From: an uncultured Myxococcales bacterium
GTDB taxonomy: Bacteria > Myxococcota_A > Bradymonadia > UBA4248
Assembly (NCBI GenBank): GCA_964454015.1
Contig: CAYVQF010000008.1
Location: 99,258-163,257, forward strand
Reading direction: 5' to 3'
DNA: 64,000 nt
Positions within the stretch are counted from its first letter, which is position 1. Each line of letters starts with the position of its first letter. Shown here piece after piece: positions 47,886 to 57,400 of this stretch. The position numbers were made by a program, and so were the translations under genes. The notes below the pieces were generated by a model that worked only from the letters and a program-made list of their open reading frames with translations, was not told where the DNA came from and did no database searches.

Positions 47886-48896
47886 CTAGCCAACTTTCTT
47901 GGCAATATAGTTCATGACATCCAGCATGCGGTAGCTGAAGCCTACCTCGTTGTCGTACCAAGACAAGACCTTGACCAGTTTGCCCTGGCTGCGGGTCTGA
48001 TCGGCAACGAAGATGCTGCTGTGCGGGTTGCCGTTCATGTCGATCGAGACCAGAGGCTCCGTGCTGTAGAGCAAAACGCCCTTGAGCGGACCTTCGGCAG
48101 CCGCCTGCATCGCCGCGTTGATCTCAGCCACACTCGCCTCGCGCTCGAGCAGCGCCGTCAGGTCCGTCAGAGAGACGTTCGGCGTGGGGACGCGCACGGC
48201 CAGACCATCGAGCTTGCCCTTGAGCTCGGGTAGCACCAAACCCACGGCTTTGGCTGCGCCCGTGGAGGTGGGGATCATGGACAGGGCCGCAGCCCGTCCG
48301 CGCCGCGGGTCTTTCTTGTGCGGCGTGTCGAGGATGACCTGGTCATTGGTGTAGGCGTGGATCGTGGTCATCAGACCGCGTTCGATCTTGAAGGTGTCGT
48401 TGAGCACCTTGGCGATGGGCGCCAAGCAGTTCGTCGTGCACGAAGCGTTGGAGATGACCTTGTGGGTCTCGGGGTTCAGCAGCGTGTGGTTGACCCCATA
48501 GACCACGGTGATGTCCTCGTCACCCTTGCCAGGCGCGCTGAGCAACACCCACTTGGCGCCACCGGCGAGGTGGGCGCTCGCCTTCTCTTTGCTCAAAAAG
48601 AGGCCGGTGCACTCCAGCACCATGTCAGCGCCCCACTGGGCCCAGGGGATCTCGGCCGGGTTGCGCTGCGCCGAAACGGGGATGTGCTTGCCGTTGACGA
48701 CAATCGCTTCGCCTTCCACCTTGACCTCGCCGTCAAAGCGGCCGTGCACCGAGTCGTACTTCAGCAAGAACGCCAACTGCTCGGCACCCGTCAGATCGTT
48801 GATGCCCACGAAATCGAACGCGGGGTTGTTGATCCCGGCGCGCAAAACCGTCCTGCCAATACGCCCAAAACCATTGATACCAATCTTGATAGACAT
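47886..48896 (-). CDS. gap: Glyceraldehyde-3-phosphate dehydrogenase
   Basis: Motifs [30 protein letters not shown]. Start MSIKIG. First gene of the gap-pgk-tpiA operon. Confidence 0.9.
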   Translation of the reverse strand: MSIKIGINGFGRIGRTVLRAGINNPAFDFVGINDLTGAEQLAFLLKYDSVHGRFDGEVKVEGEAIVVNGKHIPVSAQRNPAEIPWAQWGADMVLECTGLFLSKEKASAHLAGGAKWVLLSAPGKGDEDITVVYGVNHTLLNPETHKVISNASCTTNCLAPIAKVLNDTFKIERGLMTTIHAYTNDQVILDTPHKKDPRRGRAAALSMIPTSTGAAKAVGLVLPELKGKLDGLAVRVPTPNVSLTDLTALLEREASVAEINAAMQAAAEGPLKGVLLYSTEPLVSIDMNGNPHSSIFVADQTRSQGKLVKVLSWYDNEVGFSYRMLDVMNYIAKKVG

Positions 48897-49222
48897 CTGC
48901 TCTCCTCGTTCTGGTAGCGGAACCGTCATGCCGACGTGCGGCGTCTCCGCCTGTCGAAGCATCAGGTGTGCACGCGCGTTTTAAGGCCGCAGCGAGGCCC
49001 TGTCAACGTGGCGGGACACGAAAACGTCGTTTTTGCCTCGGCAAGCCCAGGGCGATGGCCCGCGCGATTCTGGCGCGATGGCGTGGCCTTTAAACTCAGG
49101 GGGTGATCCTTGGTGGGAACCACCTGCATGGCTTCAGCGCTGCGCTAGCAACCCGTCACCTGTCGGCGGCACCGAATGAGGACCCGTATCCTTGGGGTCG
49201 GCGACCCGCGCGGCGCGCAGCC

Positions 49223-49254
49223 AAAAAAAAACGGCAGCTCGTGAAAGCTGCCGT
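49223..49254 (-). terminator. Rho-independent terminator (minus strand) downstream of the lipoprotein gene
   Basis: On the minus strand the hairpin is cggcagct-ttcacg-agctgccg, followed by T10. It appears as A10 + hairpin on the plus strand. Confidence 0.7.
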
Positions 49255-49294
49255 GCGGGCTGCCCGCAAGCAGCCCAAGAACGCGCGTGCGCGA

Positions 49295-49990
49295 TTAGGG
49301 CATCGGCACGAAGGGAACGTTGGCGGCGGTGATGGTGAAGGAGATTTCGGGGCCAACGCCACGGCCAAGAACTCGCCACTGGCCAGTGGGCTCACCGGAG
49401 ACGGCGATCTGGACTTCGATTTCGTCGGGGACGGCGTTGTAGGTCTTGCCATCGGAGCCAGGACCGGAGCAGCCGCCCACTTCCAAAACCTTGAGGACGT
49501 CATTGGCTTCGATCTTGTCGCCCATGCGCACGATCAGGTAACCGCCCACGCCGCCGAGGGACACGTAGAGGTTGTCAACGGAGGAGACCCGGCAGTAGTC
49601 CGTAGCGGGGTAGTTGGAGAAGGCCTTCGGGGCGTTGAGGGCGTTCGCAGGATCCAGGGCATCGCCAGCGCCGCCACCGTGCACGAAGCCTTCGACCGAT
49701 TCGGCATAGAAGGTGCCGCCGCCAGCTTTGGCGAGGATGATGGCGTCGATGTCGGCGCCAGCGTCAGCGGAAGTACCCGTGGTGCTCAGGTCGTCGATGC
49801 GGACGTAGCGGTAGGGCTGGCCTTGGGGCTCAGTGGTGTCATTGGTGTCGGGGTCCACCGTGTCGTTCGGGGGGGTGACCGTGTCTGAGGTTTCAGGATC
49901 GTCTTCTTCCAACTCACAAGCGTTGAGGACGAGGGCCATTGAGGCGAGGACTGCGATGAGGGAGACGAGAATGCGCATTCTGCGAAGCAT
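49295..49990 (-). CDS. Hypothetical lipoprotein with an acidic low-complexity linker
   Basis: Signal peptide and lipobox MLRRMRILVSLIAVLASMALVLNAC. An Asp/Thr/Pro-rich linker. A C-terminal Gly-rich domain. Confidence 0.55.
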   Translation of the reverse strand: MLRRMRILVSLIAVLASMALVLNACELEEDDPETSDTVTPPNDTVDPDTNDTTEPQGQPYRYVRIDDLSTTGTSADAGADIDAIILAKAGGGTFYAESVEGFVHGGGAGDALDPANALNAPKAFSNYPATDYCRVSSVDNLYVSLGGVGGYLIVRMGDKIEANDVLKVLEVGGCSGPGSDGKTYNAVPDEIEVQIAVSGEPTGQWRVLGRGVGPEISFTITAANVPFVPMP

Positions 49991-50356
49991 AAGACCTCCA
50001 AAAAGGACGTAGGACACGAGTCGACAACCGACTCCATTTCAAGGATTGGCACTCCAAAATGACAGAGCGCCGCGAACCACCAAAAGACGACAAAGTAGTT
50101 AATTCATTCATGCGGAAGTGTCAACCGCAGGCGCCGATTGAGGGGCCAGCGCCGTTCTGCCGAGGTCCCGCCGACTCTGCAAGAGGTGCGCCACCTTCGA
50201 CAGCGTGGCGCTAGGGAAAGCTCTGGAGCCCAGAGAATTGGCGCGTGGCCAGGCCATGGGGGCGTTGGAATAACGTATTCAGAGTGCGATGGGGTGGGCA
50301 AAACCCGGTGACAAGGCCAAATAACTGGATAAAAATACAGCCACTCAGCGCGAAAA

Positions 50357-51091
50357 CTATGACACGAATGTCTTGGGCGCATCCGTGTCGTCGGCGGTGA
50401 CGGCGGGACGCGCGGCAGGGGCGAAGCGCGTCAAGGGGCGCACGCGTTGCCCTCGGCCGAGGATGAGCCAGTGGACATTAATAATGATAGCGATGCCCGT
50501 GTTGGCGCCAATGGCAATCCAGAGAAAGGGGGCGCTGCCGCCATAGTCCCCGGGTGGCTTGGTGATGAGATCGTAGAGCATCCAGTCGATGAAGGTGACC
50601 AGCAGGGCTAGGAAGATGGCCTGACGTGCGGCCAGGAAGCGGCGCTGGGTGCGGTAACCGACGTGGTAGTACCAGATCTGTATCAGGAAAACCGCTTGGA
50701 GCACGGCAAAGGCGAGCATGTACTGGGGAGCGTAGGTGGTGCAGAAGAGGATGGCCGCGCTGAAACCGATGACGCTGCACAGCATGGCCCCGAGGGTCAA
50801 GGGCATCAGCGAGACCCTGCCGCGCAAGACCAAGGTCCCGTAGGGGTCATCGGGGCTGGGTCGTGGGCGCAGGGGGTCGAGGGCGTCGATGGCGTCGATG
50901 GCGGCTTTCACCCGCCCGCGGGTGGGTGCCTCGGGCTCTGGCAGGGCGAGGAGCACCTCGACCTCAGGTGGCGCCAGGATGACCTCGCATACGGGGACGC
51001 CGTGTCGCTCTGCCGTGGCCGCGCCAGCCGTCACGGCGCCAGGGGCCGCTGGGGCGTCATCTGAATCAGGGTGGTGCTGGGATCCGGACAT
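50357..51091 (-). CDS. Hypothetical integral membrane protein
   Basis: An acidic N-terminus followed by 4-5 predicted TM helices. No family recognised. Confidence 0.45.
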   Translation of the reverse strand: MSGSQHHPDSDDAPAAPGAVTAGAATAERHGVPVCEVILAPPEVEVLLALPEPEAPTRGRVKAAIDAIDALDPLRPRPSPDDPYGTLVLRGRVSLMPLTLGAMLCSVIGFSAAILFCTTYAPQYMLAFAVLQAVFLIQIWYYHVGYRTQRRFLAARQAIFLALLVTFIDWMLYDLITKPPGDYGGSAPFLWIAIGANTGIAIIINVHWLILGRGQRVRPLTRFAPAARPAVTADDTDAPKTFVS

Positions 51092-51290
51092 AGGCGGTTG
51101 CAGACGGCGGGGCGAAGGGGCACGGCGCGCTGCTCAGAAGCTAGTCGAGGGTGGCTGCTGAAGCAACAGGGGGGCGGCCGCTGCTCGCGGACACGAGGCG
51201 GCGCACGCCCAAAGGAGAGGCGCATGATGTGGCGCCAGCCCGTAGGTGCAGGCGCTGGGTGGCAACAAAGCGGGCTCAGTGCAGCCGAGC

Positions 51291-52802
51291 TCAGGGGTTG
51301 GTGCGCGGGGTCGGCGCGGGACGACCTTCAAAGAGGCGGGCGATCCAGCGGTTGCGTTGGAAGATGCTGGCGAGTCCGACGTAGAGGAAGCCCGAGCCGA
51401 AGAGCACGAGGAAGGGCGCGGCGATCCACGATTGGGCGGCCACGGCGTGGAAGACGGCCCAGGTGAAGTAGAGGCCGATGGCCGTCTCGAGCCAGGGTTG
51501 CCAGTTGACGCGGAAGCGGTACTTGACGTGGCGCCAGCCTTGTTTGTTGGAGACGACGCCGTACTTGGGGGTGCGGGCGAATCCCGTGCGGTAGTTGACG
51601 AGGGCTTCGACGACGGCGCGGGCGTTGTTGATGCACATGCCGATGCCGAGGGACATGACGATGGGTAAGAAGACCAGGCGTCGCCACAGGGGCGTGGGGC
51701 GGGCCTCTTTTTGGGCCAACATGTAGAAGGACATGACCGAGAGGGTGGCGGCGGCGAACATGGGGATGTCGAGCCAGAAGCTCTGGTACCAACCGCGATC
51801 GATGCGGAGCATGGCGGCCATGGGCATGAGGAGGCTGAGGGCGACCATGAGCATGAAGGCGATGTTGTTGGTCAGATGCATGAAGGCTTCGAACTTGACC
51901 TTCAGGGGGAGGCGGCTGCGGAGGAGCTGGGGGAGGATTTTCTTGGCGACTTGGATGGAGCCCTTGGCCCAACGGTGTTGTTGGGTCTTGAAGGCGATCA
52001 TCTCGACGGGGACCTCGGCTGGGGCGGTGGAGTCGTTGATGTAGACGAAGTTCCAGCCTTTACACTGGGCGCGGTAGGAGAGGTCGAGGTCTTCCGTGAG
52101 GGTGTCGTGGTGCCAGCCACCGGCGTCGCCGATGGTGCTGCGGCGCCAGATGCCGGCGGTGCCGTTGAAGTTGAAGAAGCGCCCCGAGCGGTTGCGGGCG
52201 GTGTGCTCGATGACGAAGTGGCCGTCGAGGAGGATGGACTGGGCCTGGGTGAGCAGGGAGTAGTCGCGGTTGAGGTGTTCCCAGCGCACCTGGACCATGC
52301 CGACCTTCTCGTCGGTGAAGAAGTGGACCGTTTGCTCGAGGAAGTCCGGGCGGGGGACGAAGTCGGCGTCGAAGACGGCGACGTACTCGCCGCGAGCCTT
52401 GGCCAGGCCTTCTTCCAGGGCGCCGGCCTTGAAGCCTTGGCGGTTGGTGCGGTGGAGGTAGACGATGTCGTAGCCTTCGTCTTGCTTGCGCGCGACGGCG
52501 CGTTCGGCGATGGCGACGGTCTCATCGGTGGAGTCGTCGAGGACTTGGATCTCGAGTTTGTCTTTGGGATAGCGGATCTTGCAGACCGCATCGATGAGGC
52601 GCTCGACGACGTACATCTCGTTGAAGGTGGGCAACTGGATGGTCACCCGAGGCAGCTCCTCGAAGCGGGCAAGGGGATGGGGGATGTCCTTGCGGTGCTT
52701 GCGGTAGAGGTAGGCCATGACATAGCGGTGGGTCCCATAGAAGCCGAGGGAGACCAGGACGCTGAAATAGACGATCAAAAAGGCGATGTCGAAAGCGGAC
52801 AT
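51291..52802 (-). CDS. Processive family 2 glycosyltransferase (cellulose/chitin/hyaluronan-synthase-like)
   Basis: Motifs DDSTDET, FDADF (DxD), TEDLD and QQHRWAKG (QxxRW), plus multiple C-terminal TM helices. Start MSAFDIAFLIVYF. Confidence 0.8.
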   Translation of the reverse strand: MSAFDIAFLIVYFSVLVSLGFYGTHRYVMAYLYRKHRKDIPHPLARFEELPRVTIQLPTFNEMYVVERLIDAVCKIRYPKDKLEIQVLDDSTDETVAIAERAVARKQDEGYDIVYLHRTNRQGFKAGALEEGLAKARGEYVAVFDADFVPRPDFLEQTVHFFTDEKVGMVQVRWEHLNRDYSLLTQAQSILLDGHFVIEHTARNRSGRFFNFNGTAGIWRRSTIGDAGGWHHDTLTEDLDLSYRAQCKGWNFVYINDSTAPAEVPVEMIAFKTQQHRWAKGSIQVAKKILPQLLRSRLPLKVKFEAFMHLTNNIAFMLMVALSLLMPMAAMLRIDRGWYQSFWLDIPMFAAATLSVMSFYMLAQKEARPTPLWRRLVFLPIVMSLGIGMCINNARAVVEALVNYRTGFARTPKYGVVSNKQGWRHVKYRFRVNWQPWLETAIGLYFTWAVFHAVAAQSWIAAPFLVLFGSGFLYVGLASIFQRNRWIARLFEGRPAPTPRTNP

Positions 52803-53185
52803 GAAGCAACCTCGCAGACGGCTGTACCTCTCGCACGTTGCGCAGAGGCGCACCGGGGCCACCCCGGGGCAAAGGCGAAAGCCGCGGGACTATAGAAAGC
52901 TCCAGGGAGCTGTGTCAACGGATGAATGCTTCTCCGATCGCGGAGAAGGGGAGCGACACGGGAAACGGGCGCGGCCATCGTGGGGCGACGTCCCGAGCGG
53001 TCGATGGCTGGGTGGGTGCCCCGGTCTAGGCCCTTTGGGGTGTGGGACCTTGACCTGCGGGCGGCGGCTGGGGTAGAGAGCCAGGTTCCCTTGCCCTTTG
53101 AGGTGATGGGTGCGCCGTTGGCGTCAGGGCCTCGCGCAGGCCCGATGGCTGGTGGCGGCACCGATGTCCCTTGGCGATTGAGCTC

Positions 53186-54103
53186 ATGCAGGAAAGAACA
53201 GCCCCTTCCCAACCCACGGCGCTTAAAATGCTGCGCGGCATCGTTCGCAGCGCGCGACCGCACCAGTGGGTCAAGAACGCCTTTGTTTTGGCCCCGTTGA
53301 TTTTCTCGCTGAACGTGGGTGAGCCGGCGCTGGTGTGGCGCGCGCTGTGGGCCTTCGCCGTCTTCTGCCTGATCTCGTCGTCGGTGTATTACCTCAACGA
53401 TTTGGTGGACATCGAGGCTGATCGTGCGCACCCGCTGAAGCGGCAGCGGCCCATCGCGTCGGGCCAGGTTCCGGTCGCCGTCGCCAGAATCGCTTGTGGC
53501 GTGGCCTTGGCTCTGGCCTTGGGCGGCGCGCTGGTGCTGAACTGGCAAGTCGCCCTGGTGGCCGCCCTCTATTTTGGGCTGAACTTGGCGTATTCCCTGC
53601 GTTTGAAGCACTACGCTTTCGTCGACGTGAGCATCATCGCCACGGGTTTTTTGTTGCGGGTCTTGGCAGGCTCGCTGGCGATCGCTGTGGTGGTTTCGAC
53701 ATTCTTGGTGCTGTGCACCTTCTCGCTGGCCCTGTTCTTGGCGCTGGGCAAACGCATGCATGAGCTGCGAGGCAGCGCGGCGGGCGCCAAGCAGCGAGCC
53801 GTCTTGGGCCGCTACCGCAAAGCCCATGTGCATTGGGCGATGGTCGTCGTGGGCAGCGTGACGCTCCTGGCTTATGTGGCCTACACCTTGGCGCCGCATA
53901 CCCAAGCCTTCTTTGGCTTTGGTTGGCCGCGCCTGGTGCTCACCGTCCCCTTTACCGCTTTTGGTCTCTATCGCTTCCATCGATTGGTCAGCCCAGAACA
54001 CTCTGCCATGAGTCCCACGGAGCAGATGCTTAAAGACAAGCCTTTCTTGTTGAATCTGGTGCTCTGGGGCGCCGTCGTCGTGGCGGCCGTCTATCTCCCC
54101 TAA
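53186..54103 (+). CDS. UbiA-family prenyltransferase, decaprenyl-phosphate phosphoribosyltransferase-like
   Basis: Motifs ARPHQWVKNAFVLAPL and YYLNDLVDIEADRAHPLKRQRPIASG (NDxxDxxxD). 8-9 TM helices. The track ORF begins at TTG 53171. Confidence 0.7.
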   Translation: MQERTAPSQPTALKMLRGIVRSARPHQWVKNAFVLAPLIFSLNVGEPALVWRALWAFAVFCLISSSVYYLNDLVDIEADRAHPLKRQRPIASGQVPVAVARIACGVALALALGGALVLNWQVALVAALYFGLNLAYSLRLKHYAFVDVSIIATGFLLRVLAGSLAIAVVVSTFLVLCTFSLALFLALGKRMHELRGSAAGAKQRAVLGRYRKAHVHWAMVVVGSVTLLAYVAYTLAPHTQAFFGFGWPRLVLTVPFTAFGLYRFHRLVSPEHSAMSPTEQMLKDKPFLLNLVLWGAVVVAAVYLP

Positions 54104-54168
54104 GCGAGGTCGCACCAAGACGCGCGAGGGACGTCGTTAGTTCCCAGAGAAGTCTGGGGCGGTGCAAT

Positions 54169-54495
54169 TCAGGGGCGGATGGCCTGGGTAGTGCGCGTCG
54201 CCGTCCAGTAGCGGTTGAGGTCGGCCCGGCGCCAGCGGTGTCGCTCGAGGGTGTTGAGGAGATCGTGGTAACGCACCACGGCCGCGCTGGGCGGGGGGCT
54301 GGCCAGCGCGGCTGCGGCACCATAATCGCCGCGGGCGGCGAAGTCCTGGACCAAGTGCCAACGCGCGCGCGCTTCGAGGTTGCGCCGCTGTCCAGCGTTG
54401 AGGGTACAGGCGCTGTTGAGGACGAGCCAGGTGGCCAGGCAGGTCAGCGTCAGGGTGAGCCGCGGTGCAGGGACGCTTCCCGCGCCCCGCCTCAT
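54169..54495 (-). CDS. Small hypothetical secreted protein, translationally coupled to the giant surface protein
   Basis: Its ATG overlaps the stop of the upstream 1462-aa gene (ATGA). The N-terminal hydrophobic segment is LTLTLTCLATWLVLNSACTL. 108 aa. Confidence 0.4.
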   Translation of the reverse strand: MRRGAGSVPAPRLTLTLTCLATWLVLNSACTLNAGQRRNLEARARWHLVQDFAARGDYGAAAALASPPPSAAVVRYHDLLNTLERHRWRRADLNRYWTATRTTQAIRP

Positions 54496-57400
54496 GGCGC
54501 CTGACTCACGACTTGCAAGCGGTAGACGTTGGATGACTCGGGCCGGAAACCCACGACACGGACATAGAAGAAGGTCTCCTCGGTGCCATTGTAGACGTAA
54601 GTCACCTCTTCCCAGGGGGTGTGGATTTGGTCGCTGCGGGCGAGCAAGTTGGCGCTGTCGTCGTAGAGGAAGAGGTCGAGATCTCCGAAAGTATAGACCT
54701 CCATCTGATCGATGCGCACGGTGATGGTGTGCCCTGGCGCCACGCCGATGGCGTAGAAATCGACGTCACTCGGGCAGAGCGTGAGGGCGTCGTCGACATG
54801 ATCTTGGCCGGGGAGGGTTAGCAACGTCGCCGTGCCGATGCTGTTGTTGGGCTCCAGGTCATCAGGCAAGCAGTCGTGCAAGAGGGTGAGGGGCTGGAAG
54901 GCGGTGTTGTTGGTCTCATTGATTTCGCTATAGAGGTCATCTGGGTCGACGTGGACCATGAAGTTGAAGTCCCCGAAGACGGAGCGCGGCACGTCGAGGT
55001 AGACCTTCTGGGAGATCGAGGTGCTGGTAAAGCCTGGCAGAGAGGTCTCGATGTAAGTCGCCACGGGCACATCGCTGGCGTGTGGCGTTTCGAATTTGCT
55101 CAACACGTAACTGTAGTGGACCGGGCCGGCGCTGAGCATCCGGTCATTGGCCAGGGTCCACGAGGCGAGGACGGCGTCGTTGCGGGCGACGATGCCCAGG
55201 TCGGTTTGGAAATCCTTCACCACCAGGTCAATGCCTTCGAGGCCTTCGAGTTCGAGCCTATAGGCCGAAGTCGGCTCGGTGCCCGAGCTCTTGTAGACCT
55301 TGAACCAGACCTGGCGTGACGCTGGTGTGGTGGGTACGGTGAAGGCGCGCTCCTTGCCCGGGAGCACCGTGGCGGTGGTGCCGATGTTGACGACATCGAG
55401 GCGGAGACGACTATCGCCGCCATGGAGGCGCGCCGTGAAGGCGGTGCCGGCTTTGAGCTCGACGGTATACCAGTCTTGATCCACGCCCGCGTGGGCGTGC
55501 ACGGCGCCCGCGGCGAGGGTGTTCAGGGCCATCGAGAAGGGGACCGCAGTGTTCTGGACGTCATTCATGGGTTCGCCGAGCTGGTTGGGCTCGACCCGGT
55601 CGAAGACCAGGCTGTAATCGCGGCTGGTGACCGAGGAGACGGCCGAACGGATCTTGACCTGCATGTAGAGGCAGCGATCACCTTGGGTGTCTTGGCAGCG
55701 GTTGTCGATGCAGGTCTCGCCGCCAAAGCAATCGGCGTCACCAGTGCAGGTGTTGGGCGGCACGGCGACGGAGATGATGGCATCGGTCGTACTGAAGGCG
55801 CTGCCAATGGCGCTGCGATCGCGGCGGTAGAGGGCGACCTCGAGGGTGGAGGAGGAGCTCTGATCGATCTGGTAGACCGCGGCGTGGTTGAAGACTTCAT
55901 GGGCTGGCGCGCAGACGAGGTAGAAGTCGTCGCGGCCGGCCGTGCAAACATTGAGGTCATCCCAGCGCTGGAGGGCCGGGGCGACGTCGACGCGGGTGGC
56001 CCGGTCGAAGACGTCGTTGTCGGGATCGCCTTCGAGGTAGTCGACGACGCACGCTGTGTCGACGATGAAGGACGAAGAGACGCGGGTGTTGTTGTTTTCG
56101 TTGGTCTCAGTGACGACTTCGCCGCTGTCGGCCTTGACGATCACGTACTGGGTGCCGGCGACGATCTCATCGGGGAAGGGGACCTCAAAGCGCAAGGTCG
56201 TCGTGGCATAGGGCGCCAATTCGTTGACGAAGAGCGGCGGGATGGGGAGGTCTTGGGCGTCGAGGGTGGTGTTGCGGGAGAACCAAGCGCCGACCTCGAA
56301 GTTGAAAGCGGGATCGAGGCCATTGTTGCGTACCACGGCTTCGAACACGAAGGGCAGGTGATAGGGGGGGTAGGTGCCGCCCTGGAGGGTGACGCTATCG
56401 ACGATGAGATCGGGCTCCCGTGGCGCGGGCGTGATCTGGACGCGAAGCTGGTAGTAGTTTTTGACCCCGGCGATCCGGGGGAGCACCTCGACGTAGAGGC
56501 GGGTGGTGCCAGTGGCGGTTACGACATGGGACAGGGTTTTAGTGCCTGTGCTGCCTGGCGCCGTAAAGGGTGAGGCTGGGTTGGTGGCGTTGTAGAGGCG
56601 CAGGTCGAGCTCACCCAAGGTGCGGTCGAAGGTCAGGGTGACCTGGACCGTGTCGCCCTGACCGGCGTCGAAGGCGTAGAAATCACGCGCGTCGCACAAG
56701 CCGAGGTCATTGATGACGATGAGGTTGTTCTGCAGGGTCAGGAGCGTGGCTTCGCTCTCGCTGTTGTTGCCGCTGCCTTCATAGCTATCCTCGATGCAGG
56801 CGCAGAGCGTGCCGCCGCTGACCACGACGGGGGTGGTGAAGGTGGCGATGTTGTTCGTCTCGTTGGTCTCTGCCACCTGGTTGGTGGGGTCCACGATGAC
56901 GCCGGCGGTGTAGGTGTCGACGAAGGGCAGGCAGTTGATCTTGCCGCTGATTTCGAAGGGCTCGCAGGCGCCGGGTTGGAGCACCATTTGGGTGGTGGCG
57001 CCGGTGGCGACGATGATATCACCGGTGGCGCCGATGGCGTTTCCTGGATTGATCACGCCGCGAATGGCGACGGGGCCCGCGGCGTCAGAGCCCTGGTTAC
57101 AGACGTTGCCGAGGAAGAAGAGCGCGCCGTCTTCGGTGGCAGCCGTGGGTTTGACGAGGAGGTCCTGCACCACGTAGTCCACTTGGGGCAGGGCGTTGAT
57201 GGTGATGGCCGGGCTTGGTCCTGCGATGTTGTTGTCTTTGGTGATTTCCGAGATCTGGTTGCGGTGGTCACAAAAGACGAAGACGTAGTAGGTGCCGGGG
57301 GTGAGGCTGTTGGGGACGAGGAGTTGGCGCTCAAAGGGGAGGCGCAGTCCACCGGGGAGGTTGTCCGTGCCGACTTGAGCGAGGAAGGTCGCTTGGGCCA

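Noticed and set aside
46036-48917. Plus-strand ORFs of 196-327 aa
   Set aside because: They are antisense to tpiA, pgk and gap.
52775-54118. 447-aa minus-strand ORF
   Set aside because: It is antisense to the UbiA prenyltransferase gene and to the 5' end of the GT2 gene. Its sequence is low-complexity Arg/Gln/Gly-rich.
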